In this document: positions 52,401-61,240 of the stretch, piece after piece
Layout of the letters: every line of letters starts with the position of its first letter
Numbering within the stretch: the first letter of the stretch is position 1
Origin: Nitrosopumilus sp.
Lineage (GTDB): Archaea > Thermoproteota > Nitrososphaeria > Nitrososphaerales > Nitrosopumilaceae
Length of the DNA: 64,000 bases
Direction of reading: 5' to 3'
Assembly (NCBI GenBank): GCA_965204345.1
Contig: OZ241981.1
Coordinates: 1,568,001 to 1,632,000, forward strand
The notes under the pieces: generated by a model
Databases searched by the model: none
Seen by the model: only the letters and a program-made list of their open reading frames with translations
What the model was told of the DNA's origin: nothing
Translations under genes and position numbers: made by a program

Positions 52401-52778
52401 CATATGGTGGCAGACAAGATCCATGCAAGGGCGCGCGGACAGGTTCAGATGCTGACCAAACAGCCCACCGAAGGAAGGGCAAGGGGTGGAGGATTAAGAT
52501 TTGGTGAGATGGAAAGAGACTGCCTGATTGCCTATGGCGCCTCTATGATTCTAAAGGACAGATTGTTAGACGAGTCTGACAAGTCCGATGTCTTTGTATG
52601 TGAGAGATGCGGGCTGGTAGCCTATCATGATGTTAAACAAAGAAAGTATGTCTGCAGGGTCTGCGGCGACAAGGCCAAGGTGTCATCCGTATCTGTGGCA
52701 TATGCCTTCAAGCTGCTCTTGCAAGAGATGCAAAGTCTTAACGTTGCACCCCGCCTGCTAATCAAGGAGAAGATCTAA
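49431..52778 (+). CDS. rpoB: DNA-directed RNA polymerase subunit B (Rpo2)
   Basis: GYFIINGSERV, ETPEG, GDKFASRHGQKG, RFGEMERD, C-terminal Zn finger. Confidence 0.98.
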   Translation: MTHPSTKRWPVIQDILKREGIARQHLNSFDEFLERGLQSIINEVGQIDIENAEYPYKIQLGKVKLQQPRMMELDGSITHITPAEARLRNVSYSAPVMMEASVVEDGKILESRFVHIGDVPVMAKSNACILHNFTNQKLVEHGEDPSDPGGYFIINGSERVIVGLEDLSYNKIIVDRETVGGNVAFKAKVYSSIVGYRAKLELVMKNDGLIVARIPGSPVDIPVVTLMRALGLESDREIASVVSLVNEIQDELEGSFEKAGDVPTSKDAIVYISKRIAPGMLEEFQIKRAETLLDWGLLPHLGKHPENRKEKAQFLGEAACKLLELKLGWITPDDKDHYGNKVIKFAGQMLADLFRTAFRNLVRDMKYQLERSGQKRGINAVSAAIRPGIITDKLNNAIATGNWGRGRVGVTQLLDRTNYLSTISHLRRIQSPLSRTQPNFEARDLHATHFGRICPSETPEGSNCGLVKNLALSGIISVNVASEEIVEKLYDLGTVHFFEAKEDLKKDGTRIFVDGRLIGYYNNGQELAESLRDLRRTSKIHPHVGVSFHKSDIEGSTRRLYVNCNAGRVLRPLIIVKDNKSLLTPELLEKISKKLLSWTDLLRMGILEVIDANEEENCYVTLDEKDTKKHTHLEVFPPSILGAGASIIPYPEHNQSPRNTYESAMAKQSLGFSTPMMNTSTYVRQHLMLYPQVPIVNTKAMKLLGLEDRPAGQNCVVAVLPFDGYNIEDAIVLSKASVDRGLGRTFFFRIYDAEAKQYPGGMRDTFEIPNAEDNIRGYKGERAYRLLEDDGVVASEAPVKGGDILIGKTSPPRFMEEYREFESSGPYRRDTSVGVRPSETGVIDTVVMTQSNEGGKMYKIRARDMRIPEIGDKFASRHGQKGVLGILAKAEDLPYTATGMSPDVLINPHAFPSRMTVGMMMESVCGKAAALRGTRFDGSAFVGEKMDEVKEVMDAHGFKYSGKEVMYDGRTGKSFPVDVFIGVVYYQKLHHMVADKIHARARGQVQMLTKQPTEGRARGGGLRFGEMERDCLIAYGASMILKDRLLDESDKSDVFVCERCGLVAYHDVKQRKYVCRVCGDKAKVSSVSVAYAFKLLLQEMQSLNVAPRLLIKEKI

Positions 52779-55700
52779 TGTCCGTTCAGGCAATCAAGGC
52801 AATTGACGGAATTCGATTCTCTGTATGGTCTCCTACTGAGATTAGAAAGTATTCCGTGGCTGAAATCACTGCACCTGAGACATATGATGAGGATGGAATG
52901 CCTGTTCAGGGAGGCCTCATGGATGGAAGACTGGGCACTCTGGAGCCTGGACAAAAATGTCTGACCTGTGGAAATACCGCAGCAAGGTGCCCTGGACACT
53001 TTGGACACATTGAACTTGCAGAACCGATTCTGCATATTGCATTTATTGACAATATCTACAAACTTTTACAGTCAACATGCCGCTCCTGCACTAGACTCAA
53101 GGTGCCCCAAGAGGACCTAAACGCGTTCAAAAAGATCAAGGACAAGCATGCAGCATATACTGTAATCTCACAAAAGCGTATTCCAGAGCAGATCATTGAA
53201 AAGGCAAAGAAGGCAAAGGAGTGTCCCCATTGCGGAAAGACACAGTATGAGCTAGTCTTTACAAAGCCTACCATCTTTGTTGAAAAAACCGAGATTGGCG
53301 AGCACAGATTGCTGCCAATTACAATCAGGGAAAGATTTTCACAAATCACCGATGATGATCTGCAGCTGCTCTCATATGATCCAGAGACTGCCAGACCAGA
53401 GTGGTTTATTTTACAGGCACTGCCTGTCCCTCCCGTCACTGTAAGACCATCCATAATTCTTGAGACAGGAATCCGCTCTGAGGATGACCTGACACACAAG
53501 ATGGTCGATATCATCCGGGTTAACCAAAGGCTAAAAGAGAGCAAGGAGGCAGGAACCCCTCCCTTGATTGTACAGGACTTGGTTGATTTGCTGCAGTATC
53601 ATTCCACGACATACTTTGATAATGAGGTCTCTGGAATTCCACAGGCCCATCACCGTTCGGGACGTCCATTAAAGACACTGACTCAGAGGCTCAAAGGAAA
53701 GGAGGGCAGGTTCAGGGGCTCACTGTCCGGAAAGAGGGTCGACTTTTCAAGCAGAACCGTAATTTCCCCAGACTCCAACCTGGACTTGTCTGAGGTAGGT
53801 GTTCCAGAACAGGTTGCAATGAAGCTAACCATTCCGGAAATTGTTACTGAATGGAACATTGAGAGGATGAGACGGCTTGTAATTAACGGGCCTGACAAGT
53901 TTCCCGGTGTAAACTATATTGTCAGACCAGACGGCGTAAAAATCAGGTTAGACTTTGTAGAGGATCGCTCTACAATTGCCGAAACACTTGAGATTGGCTA
54001 TCTGATTGAGAGGCATCTTGCAGACGGCGACATTGTCATGTTTAACAGGCAGCCATCCCTTCACCAGATGTCCATTATGGCCCACTATGTCAAGGTTCTT
54101 CCAGGCAAGACCTTTAGGCTACATCCGTCTGTCTGTCCGCCATACAACGCAGACTTTGATGGCGATGAGATGAACCTTCACGTTCCCCAGAGTGAGGAGG
54201 CAAGGGCTGAGGCAATTCTTCTAATGAGGGTCCAAGACCAGCTAATCTCTCCAAGATATGGAGGCCCAATTATTGGTGCACTAAGGGACTTTGTAACTGG
54301 CGCATATCTTCTAACCAAGGACGATACTATCCTGTCCATCCAGGAATTCTCAAACTATGCAATGCTTGGCGGCTATACAGGCGCGCTTCCAAAGCCTTCA
54401 GCCAAGACAAAAGACGGCAAGAGTGTCGCATACACTGGAAAGCAGCTCTTCTCGCTGTTTCTTCCAGATGACTTTAACTATGTACTTACATCAAAGTGGT
54501 CCAAGGGAACAAATGGCAAGGCAAAGGACGTTGTCATTAAAAACGGCCAGCTGATAAGCGGCGTAATTGACAAGACATCCATTGGTGCCGAAGAGCCTGA
54601 GAGTATTCTGCACAGAATCACAAAGGACTATGGGAATGCAATTGGCAAGAACTTTCTAAACTCCATTCTGATTATGGTAAAGCAGTTTATCACCCATTAT
54701 GGTTTCAGTTACGGGTATGGCGATCTTGAGGTTCCAGAAAAGAACGTCCAGAAAATTTTAGATGACATTGAGGATACGTACGATGTGGTTGCCGATCTGA
54801 CTGACCAGTATGAAAAGGGAACCCTCAAGCTTACCAGGGGCATGAAGGCAGATGAGGCCCTAGAGGCATACATTGTCAATGAGCTGGGCAAGGCCAGGGT
54901 AAAGGCAGGCGATACTGCCAATGATTCCTTGGATGATAGCAATGCCGGAAAGATTATGGCAACGACTGGTGCTAGGGGTTCGGCACTAAACGTGGGTCAG
55001 ATGGCAGGCGCACTAGGCCAGCAGTCAAGGAGGGGAAACAGGATGAATGACGGTTACAGTAATCGCGCATTAACGCACTATCAGGAACATGAAAGCAATC
55101 CTGATGCACACGGCTTTGTAAAGTCCAACTACAGAACCGGCCTGAGCACGCTTGAGTTTTTCTTCCATGCGATGGGTGGACGCGAGGGCCTTGTAGATAC
55201 GGCAGTTAGAACCCAGCAGAGCGGTTACATGCAGCGCAGGCTGATTAACGCACTGGAGCATATCCGATTAGAGTATGACGGAACGGTACGAGACCCACAT
55301 GGGCATATCGTGCAGTTTCTTTATGGTGAGGATGGAATCGACGTGCAAAAAAGTGATCACGGAGAGGCATTTAATGCCAGCCGACTTGCAGAGTCGCAAA
55401 CCATTATTGATTCTGGAAAAAAGGCAACCAGGGATGAGATTGACACGCTTGCAAAGAAATACACCAAGACATTTAATCCGAGACTGACATCCCTTGTGAC
55501 TGATGCCCTGCAAAAATCAAACCTAAGCAAGGACGGCGTGGAATCTGTCTGCAAGAAGGGACTATCATTATACAACAAGGCCAAGGTAGAGCCCGGACAG
55601 GCCGTGGGAATTGTTACTGCCCAGTCCATTGGTGAGCCTGGAACTCAGATGACACTGAGGACCTTCCACTTTGCTGGAATCAAGGAAAGAAACGTTACCC

Positions 55701-56587
55701 TGGGACTTCCACGGCTAATTGAGCTAGTTGATGCGAGAAAAAAGCCTGTAACTCCTACCATGGATATCTATCTTGATGAAGAGTCCAAAAAATCCAGAGA
55801 AAAGGCAATCGAGGTGGCAAGAAACGTGTTGCAGACCAAGGTCAGTGCCCTGGTTGCCGACACTGAAACTGACTATTCTACTAATATCAAGCTAGTTCTG
55901 AGTGAGAACAGGCTTAGGGAGAGGGGATGCACCGTATCTGAGGTAGAAGCTGCCCTTTCATCAAACAAGAAATTCAAGATGGCAGTAGCCGGTGAGCTGA
56001 TTACCCTGAGCCTGGTTGAAGAGTCTGATACTGCAACTGCAATTGCCATTAGGAACAAGGTTCTCAATACGACTGTCAAGGGGGTTCCTGACATTGAGCG
56101 GGTTACGCTGGTCCAAAAGGACGACGAATGGGTCATTCAGACCACCGGTTCTAACATTGCCAAGCTACTTGAGGTAAGGGGCATTGACAAGAGAAATGTC
56201 AGAACCAACAATGTCTTTGAGATTGCCGGAACACTTGGCATAGAGGCCGCACGAAACTCCCTAATTGACGAGCTTAACCATACATTGGGTGATCAGGGAC
56301 TCGAAGTCGACAACAGGTATATCATGCTGGTATCTGATTTAATGTGCTCCAGGGGATACATGCAGCAGATTGGCAGACACGGCATTGCCGGCACCAAGGA
56401 CAGCGTTCTTGCAAGGGCAGCATTTGAGATTACCGTTCCGACAATCGCACACGCCGCACTTGCAGGAGATGTCGAGCAGCTCAAGGGCATTACCGAAAAC
56501 GTCATTGTAGGCAGCAACATTCCGATTGGCAGCGGCACCGTTGATCTGTACATGCAAGTCTCCAAAAAGAAGCTGGCTGCACGCTAG
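52778..56587 (+). CDS. rpoA: DNA-directed RNA polymerase subunit A, unsplit A'/A'' (Rpo1)
   Basis: CPGHFGH, NADFDGD active site, and GEPGTQMTLRTFH in one 1269-aa ORF. Confidence 0.98.
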   Translation: MSVQAIKAIDGIRFSVWSPTEIRKYSVAEITAPETYDEDGMPVQGGLMDGRLGTLEPGQKCLTCGNTAARCPGHFGHIELAEPILHIAFIDNIYKLLQSTCRSCTRLKVPQEDLNAFKKIKDKHAAYTVISQKRIPEQIIEKAKKAKECPHCGKTQYELVFTKPTIFVEKTEIGEHRLLPITIRERFSQITDDDLQLLSYDPETARPEWFILQALPVPPVTVRPSIILETGIRSEDDLTHKMVDIIRVNQRLKESKEAGTPPLIVQDLVDLLQYHSTTYFDNEVSGIPQAHHRSGRPLKTLTQRLKGKEGRFRGSLSGKRVDFSSRTVISPDSNLDLSEVGVPEQVAMKLTIPEIVTEWNIERMRRLVINGPDKFPGVNYIVRPDGVKIRLDFVEDRSTIAETLEIGYLIERHLADGDIVMFNRQPSLHQMSIMAHYVKVLPGKTFRLHPSVCPPYNADFDGDEMNLHVPQSEEARAEAILLMRVQDQLISPRYGGPIIGALRDFVTGAYLLTKDDTILSIQEFSNYAMLGGYTGALPKPSAKTKDGKSVAYTGKQLFSLFLPDDFNYVLTSKWSKGTNGKAKDVVIKNGQLISGVIDKTSIGAEEPESILHRITKDYGNAIGKNFLNSILIMVKQFITHYGFSYGYGDLEVPEKNVQKILDDIEDTYDVVADLTDQYEKGTLKLTRGMKADEALEAYIVNELGKARVKAGDTANDSLDDSNAGKIMATTGARGSALNVGQMAGALGQQSRRGNRMNDGYSNRALTHYQEHESNPDAHGFVKSNYRTGLSTLEFFFHAMGGREGLVDTAVRTQQSGYMQRRLINALEHIRLEYDGTVRDPHGHIVQFLYGEDGIDVQKSDHGEAFNASRLAESQTIIDSGKKATRDEIDTLAKKYTKTFNPRLTSLVTDALQKSNLSKDGVESVCKKGLSLYNKAKVEPGQAVGIVTAQSIGEPGTQMTLRTFHFAGIKERNVTLGLPRLIELVDARKKPVTPTMDIYLDEESKKSREKAIEVARNVLQTKVSALVADTETDYSTNIKLVLSENRLRERGCTVSEVEAALSSNKKFKMAVAGELITLSLVEESDTATAIAIRNKVLNTTVKGVPDIERVTLVQKDDEWVIQTTGSNIAKLLEVRGIDKRNVRTNNVFEIAGTLGIEAARNSLIDELNHTLGDQGLEVDNRYIMLVSDLMCSRGYMQQIGRHGIAGTKDSVLARAAFEITVPTIAHAALAGDVEQLKGITENVIVGSNIPIGSGTVDLYMQVSKKKLAAR

Positions 56588-56918
56588 TAGTTCTTGTAAC
56601 CTGATCAATGTTATAGTTCTTCAAACCCTGCAGAATCCCTGGATATGCTGAGGGCTTTTGTTGTGAATCCAACGCAGAGATTCATCTATGAATACTTGGG
56701 GTCATCAGCATTGTTGGTATTTTGGATGTTTTGCAATGTATCCTAACGCTTTACTCATTTATTGACGGCTAAAACATCAATGTCAGAGTGCCCGTTTTTG
56801 AACTCGTGTTTTTGCTGGATGCTAAAGGAATACCACTAGTAAAAATTGCAATACAAAAAGCAGTAACAATGAAAATAATGGTCATTTAACAGGAGCTAGA
56901 GTAACTAATAAAATTGGT

Positions 56919-57038
56919 TTAACGTATAGCCCAACTCAAAAAAAAAATATATGTTTTGCAATATCTGCATCTTGGAAAATCACTAACATTGTTCTTCTTG
57001 CATGCAGGAGACTTCTTAAACTCTAATTTTTCAGGCAT
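56919..57038 (-). pseudogene. Tiny or degenerate zinc-ribbon ORF
   Basis: MPEKLEFKKSPACKKNNVSDFPRCRYCKTYIFFLSWAIR*: SPAC..CRYC lacks the first Cys and runs into a 10-nt homopolymer. Confidence 0.3.
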
Positions 57039-57296
57039 TTACCATAGGAAATAACCAATATCATAGTTAAGTTATGAGCACTCAAAACCGTTTTTGAGCC
57101 TTCTTGTAAAATGGAAGGTCAAAAACCTATTTTTAGAAAAATCCGGTATTATGACAAAAAAGACTTAGTGCAATACCAGGAAATACATACCACATTATCA
57201 AGACATCCAGGAAGTAAGACTTAGGATTAACACCAGGAAGTAAAATCTAAAATCTGTCTTCAAAAAGTTAGAATTACAATTTTTAACATTTTATTT

Positions 57297-58136
57297 TTAA
57301 TTCAAACTGGTTTTCATCGATACAATTTTGTCAGTTTGTAACTGTATAACACAATCAACAAGTAAAGGATGACCTGGAATAAGCAATGTTGTTACTGAAG
57401 TTGTCTTAGGCTCTACATCAATCAACGAAAAACCGTATGATACCTCATTACCATCAATATCCACTCCTAAAACATCATATTCCAATTGGTATGAAACAGG
57501 AGTATGATTATACACAGAATAATCAACTTGAACATGAGGCGGATGAAGACTATCATCACAAGTCTCTACATTATGCATAAAAAGATCAGAACTAACGTTT
57601 GATATCACACTTTCAAAAATCGAATTATCATCATATAATGAAAACAAAGCTCCAAATGACTCATTAACAGGAATAACTAATTGAATTGGTACGAAAAGGT
57701 CATTAAATCTATTTTTATCTTTAGAAGATAAACCATTGTAAAATTCGTTATAATACATATCAACATCTTTTTTACTTTCGGGAGGCATTGCGTCATAATA
57801 CTTTTGATGTTCAGGACTCCAATTATCATTAGTTTCAATAATTCCTAAATCTGTATCCAAATTATCATTAGTTTCAATAATTCCTAAATCTGTATCCAAA
57901 TTATCATTAGTTGTTATCATTTCTGAATCTGAATTTAATTCCAAAATTCCATTATCAATCATCCATTGAATCCCATTGATATATTCCTGATCAGTAATTA
58001 GACCCTGACCCCAGTATAATGCCACGTTCTTAAGCCATTCTGGTAAGACTGATTCATTAGCACTAACTTCCTTTAGTGCAGGATCAACACCTATCATCAT
58101 AATAGCAAATAATATCAAAAATGACACTTTATTCAA
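57297..58136 (-). CDS. Secreted hypothetical protein with PEWLKNVA..W module and 13-aa tandem repeat
   Basis: Signal peptide, LPEWLKNVALYWGQGLITDQEYINGIQWMIDNGIL, TNDNLDTDLGIIE twice, C-terminal Cys-flanked beta domain. Confidence 0.8.
   Translation of the reverse strand: MNKVSFLILFAIMMIGVDPALKEVSANESVLPEWLKNVALYWGQGLITDQEYINGIQWMIDNGILELNSDSEMITTNDNLDTDLGIIETNDNLDTDLGIIETNDNWSPEHQKYYDAMPPESKKDVDMYYNEFYNGLSSKDKNRFNDLFVPIQLVIPVNESFGALFSLYDDNSIFESVISNVSSDLFMHNVETCDDSLHPPHVQVDYSVYNHTPVSYQLEYDVLGVDIDGNEVSYGFSLIDVEPKTTSVTTLLIPGHPLLVDCVIQLQTDKIVSMKTSLN
57821..57913. repeat. 39-bp in-frame tandem repeat (~2.4 copies)
   Basis: AATTATCATTAGTTTCAATAATTCCTAAATCTGTATCCA at 57821 and 57860, partial copy at 57899. 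Confidence 0.9.
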
Positions 58137-58234
58137 TAATGATTTACAAAATGACGTATTAATAAAATCAACTACCCAATAACTAGGATTTTACACTAAA
58201 AAACGTCTAAATCACTTTTTGATCTTCACTGGTT

Positions 58235-58921
58235 TTAATTAATATTTTCCTGATCAATCTTAAGGTCACAATCAACAAGGTCGGGATGATCATCAATTAG
58301 TACGGTATTGTATGAAGTATCAACTGGTAAAACCTCAATACTTGTTTTACCTAATGATACCACATTACCACTCCAATCCAAACCTAAAACATCATATGTC
58401 AAATTATGCGTAGTGGGATTATTGTTAGTTACAGAATAATCTACTTTTACAACCCCTGAGGATTCCGAAATATCACAGGTTAACACTTTTGTATTAATAT
58501 TACCAAGAGTAACAAAAAATCTCTTTGACTCAGGATCAAGTTCAAAATAGACTTTTAGAAGTTCTGGTGAGATAACAAACTCATATTGAAGTTTAGAAGG
58601 TAAATTATCATAGGCATGCCTATCTATATCATCAAAATTATCATAAATCTGCTTAAATTCAGGATAGTTAGTATCATACAATTCTTTAGGGTCAGGCGTC
58701 ATAACATTAGAAGCCATATTATCATAAAATTCTTTCATATCAGGATTTAGACCATCATAAAATTCTTCAAATTTAGAAGAATAACTAACACTATTTACAA
58801 TAGTTCCTGGTGAAGCATACTCAAAACTATAATTGCTTTTAGCAGGTACTGACCCTAAATTTATTGCAAAAATTGCAACTATAGGAACTATAATCAATAA
58901 GGCTAAAACCAGTTTATTCAA
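58235..58921 (-). CDS. Membrane-anchored hypothetical protein, paralog of 57297-58136
   Basis: Both share TCD...VxVDYSVxN...LxYDVLGxDxxGNxVSxG...IxVxP...LI..HPxLVDC and FYxGL helical repeats. Confidence 0.8.
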   Translation of the reverse strand: MNKLVLALLIIVPIVAIFAINLGSVPAKSNYSFEYASPGTIVNSVSYSSKFEEFYDGLNPDMKEFYDNMASNVMTPDPKELYDTNYPEFKQIYDNFDDIDRHAYDNLPSKLQYEFVISPELLKVYFELDPESKRFFVTLGNINTKVLTCDISESSGVVKVDYSVTNNNPTTHNLTYDVLGLDWSGNVVSLGKTSIEVLPVDTSYNTVLIDDHPDLVDCDLKIDQENIN

Positions 58922-58967
58922 TATACCATTTTTTGATGATATAGATAAAAACTCAACTATTAGACAT

Positions 58968-59498
58968 CTAATTATCGATTTTATTGATCAAGCTGCAGTA
59001 TTTACAATCATCATGGTAATCATTATACTTTATACAAAATTCCATACAGCAATTAAGACAACAATGAAGACAACAATGAAGACACAGCATATGATCAAAC
59101 ATACGCTTTTTTCTAATATTGTAATCACAACATAGACACTTAGGCAAGAGGAACTCCCTATTTGGATAATATAGATACCTGCATACGTCAGCGTGGTCAT
59201 TATCTGTCTTTTGGGTCTGGTCAGTGTCCTTATCAGGCGGTATTGTCTCAACATCAAAGTACCATAAATCAGGATTATGGATTTTGTTGTATTCCTGCAA
59301 ATTCTCTAATGTATAGAAGCCTACTAAGTGCCATTTTTCTCTAATTACATTGTCAAAAAGGTCCAATTGGATTTTTTTCTTGTTTGAATTGTGCTTTTGC
59401 CTTTCAAATCGACATGGTTTTGTGTTTGAATTGTGCTTTTCCCTTTCAAGTCCTTGTCTGTGCTTAGGACAAATCATCCCAAAAGATGAAACATGCAA
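58968..59498 (-). CDS. Cys-rich hypothetical protein
   Basis: 176 aa with CLHCCLHCCLNCC, further CxC/CxxC motifs and duplicated ERxKHNSN. Confidence 0.5.
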   Translation of the reverse strand: MHVSSFGMICPKHRQGLEREKHNSNTKPCRFERQKHNSNKKKIQLDLFDNVIREKWHLVGFYTLENLQEYNKIHNPDLWYFDVETIPPDKDTDQTQKTDNDHADVCRYLYYPNREFLLPKCLCCDYNIRKKRMFDHMLCLHCCLHCCLNCCMEFCIKYNDYHDDCKYCSLINKIDN

Positions 59499-59624
59499 TT
59501 ACACTAAAGAACCTAAAGGGATTTTTTCTCTGAGGAATATGAAAGAAAAATATCAATAAAATCAGACACTGTTAAAAGAATTCTCAAATACCTAGAACAT
59601 TCTGTAAAAGCAGCTCTAAAAGAA

Positions 59625-60362
59625 CTAAATTAAAAATTCTGATGCGTGTCTTCCCTCTTCGGTAATTTCAATCCATCTGGTCCTTCCAATCTTGTTGACT
59701 TTGATAAACCTCCATTGCTTCTCCAGTGCAGAAATTATGCCCTTCTCCAGGCTTGCAAATGTGGCCTGACTCTTGTTCTCAGCGTTAACTATGATTAGTT
59801 TTTGCTCCAATGCCTTTTTTGCCATGTCCTTTTTTGATATTCTGCCGCCCGAATCCGCTATAATCTTTAATGCCTGAACATGCTTGTCATCTGGTCTTTG
59901 AATCTCATATGCTGGGATGGATTTGATATCCTTGATTCCCTTGGATATTGGCTTGCCTGAAAATCCCAGATACTCTTTTGCCTCTGCATAAAACGGATTT
60001 ACATTCTTATTATCATTGAACATCATTGATGCCATCATGCAACCAATGGCCTGAATTTTGGATCCTGAGGCCAAGTTAACTGAAATTATATTTCCAGATT
60101 CCTGTGCAATCAGTTTCTTTACGGTTTTGATTATCTGAAATAATGCAGTTCTGTTGTGATGCTCTATTGTGACTTCGATGTTTAGTTTTTTTAGCCGTTC
60201 TGAAATTTCCTGATAAAACTTTGTTGCCTTGTCCTCGCTTGGATTCTCATGAACCAGCAGGATCACCCTGTCTGCCCGCAGGTTTTTGGCAGGCAAGACA
60301 ATTCTGTCGATTTCATAGCCTACGGGGGCAATATGTACTCGCAAATTTGGAATTTCAGGCAT
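59625..60362 (-). CDS. DUF6293/HFX_2341-like regulator (CARF-like Rossmann domain plus winged HTH)
   Basis: RVHIAPVGYEIDRI...ADRVILL, VNLASGSKIQA, C-terminal wHTH (ISKKDMAK...LEKQWRFIKV..IGR...ITEEG); ATG at 60362 preferred. Confidence 0.75.
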   Translation of the reverse strand: MPEIPNLRVHIAPVGYEIDRIVLPAKNLRADRVILLVHENPSEDKATKFYQEISERLKKLNIEVTIEHHNRTALFQIIKTVKKLIAQESGNIISVNLASGSKIQAIGCMMASMMFNDNKNVNPFYAEAKEYLGFSGKPISKGIKDIKSIPAYEIQRPDDKHVQALKIIADSGGRISKKDMAKKALEQKLIIVNAENKSQATFASLEKGIISALEKQWRFIKVNKIGRTRWIEITEEGRHASEFLI

Positions 60363-60372
60363 AACAGTGTCT

Positions 60373-60388
60373 ATAGTATGTATACTAT
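60373..60388. promoter_or_regulatory. Palindromic operator candidate between the regulator and the PIN gene
   Basis: ATAGTAT-GT-ATACTAT, a perfect 7-bp inverted repeat in the 66-bp divergent spacer. Confidence 0.55.
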
Positions 60389-60428
60389 GGTCATGATATA
60401 TAATAATTTCCAAGGCGCTAACTAGTTC

Positions 60429-60854
60429 ATGAAACAAACACAAACCCAAAAAATCGTACTAGACACGTGTCTGGTAATAGATCTAGTTGAAAAACCAAAA
60501 TTTGCCTTTAAATTCAAAGACAATCTAAAAGGTAAATCAATCAAGGTAGTTCTCTGTGATGTCGTACTACATGAATTACGCAAGGTAAAGAGGTGGTCTG
60601 CAAATACTGTCATCAGACAAATCACAGAAATTCTTGGAAGACAGGTAGAACTATCTCAAATTAGCGAACAAGACAAAAAAACTGCAAAAGATATCTCAGA
60701 CAAATTCCGAATATGCCACAACGGGGACAACAAAATTCTCAGTCTGTGCAAGACAAGAGATTTTATTTTGGTAACCTTTGATGGGATGCTTCTAACGACT
60801 TGTGGCATTGTAGGGGTTGCGGGATTTCATCCGTCAAATGTGAGGGGAATTTAA
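60429..60854 (+). CDS. PIN-domain (VapC-like) ribonuclease
   Basis: IVLDTCLVID, VLHEL, GDNKIL, LVTFD catalytic acidic set. Confidence 0.85.
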   Translation: MKQTQTQKIVLDTCLVIDLVEKPKFAFKFKDNLKGKSIKVVLCDVVLHELRKVKRWSANTVIRQITEILGRQVELSQISEQDKKTAKDISDKFRICHNGDNKILSLCKTRDFILVTFDGMLLTTCGIVGVAGFHPSNVRGI

Positions 60855-60855
60855 A

Positions 60856-60939
60856 ATGGCCTCAAAGATGTATCCTAGAATCATTAGGGAATTTGAAGAT
60901 GAGCGGGACGAGCCGATGGTTTACGGAGACTCGTCATGA
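60856..60939 (+). CDS. Micro-ORF (27 aa)
   Basis: MASKMYPRIIREFEDERDEPMVYGDSS*; starts 1 nt after the PIN stop, with a purine-rich GAGGGG upstream. Confidence 0.35.
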   Translation: MASKMYPRIIREFEDERDEPMVYGDSS

Positions 60940-61046
60940 CCGTTTTATTCAGAGAAAAAGACGATTCGTCCCAAGGCGGCATTGCACCGTCTTTTGCAAA
61001 TCTCAAAGAAAGACTGGAAGAATGCCAAAGGGGGAGTTTAAATTGA
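60936..61046 (+). CDS. Micro-ORF (36 aa)
   Basis: MTVLFREKDDSSQGGIAPSFANLKERLEECQRGSLN*; ATGA overlap with the previous ORF and GGAG upstream. Confidence 0.35.
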   Translation: MTVLFREKDDSSQGGIAPSFANLKERLEECQRGSLN

Positions 61047-61240
61047 AATGTCCCAACTGTGACAAAGAGTGGATTGCAGAGATTTTTTGGGGGTATCCTG
61101 GAGATATGGAATCCCTAAAAGGGCAATTAGACAAAAAGGAAATTGTTCTTGGAGGATGCCTTGTAACTGGTTTTGATCCAAAATGGGAATGCAACAACTG
61201 CCATCATAGATGGGGAGAACGTGAAGACCTCGATGTCTAA
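61022..61240 (+). CDS. Small zinc-ribbon protein
   Basis: CPNC...IFWGYP...LGGC...PKWECNNC; start is either ATG 61022 or TTG 61043. Confidence 0.7.
   Translation: MPKGEFKLKCPNCDKEWIAEIFWGYPGDMESLKGQLDKKEIVLGGCLVTGFDPKWECNNCHHRWGEREDLDV

Noticed and set aside
52778-56587. Fused A'/A'' RNA polymerase subunit as a novelty
   Set aside because: An unsplit Rpo1 is an established feature of Thaumarchaeota; used only as a taxonomic clue.
57821-57913. CRISPR array
   Set aside because: The 39-bp units are directly adjacent with no spacers, lie in frame within a CDS, and no cas genes are present.
60856-61041. UGA read-through (selenocysteine) joining the 27-aa ORF to the downstream frame
   Set aside because: No SECIS-like element or redox motif is seen; the ATGA overlap with a new ORF is the simpler explanation.
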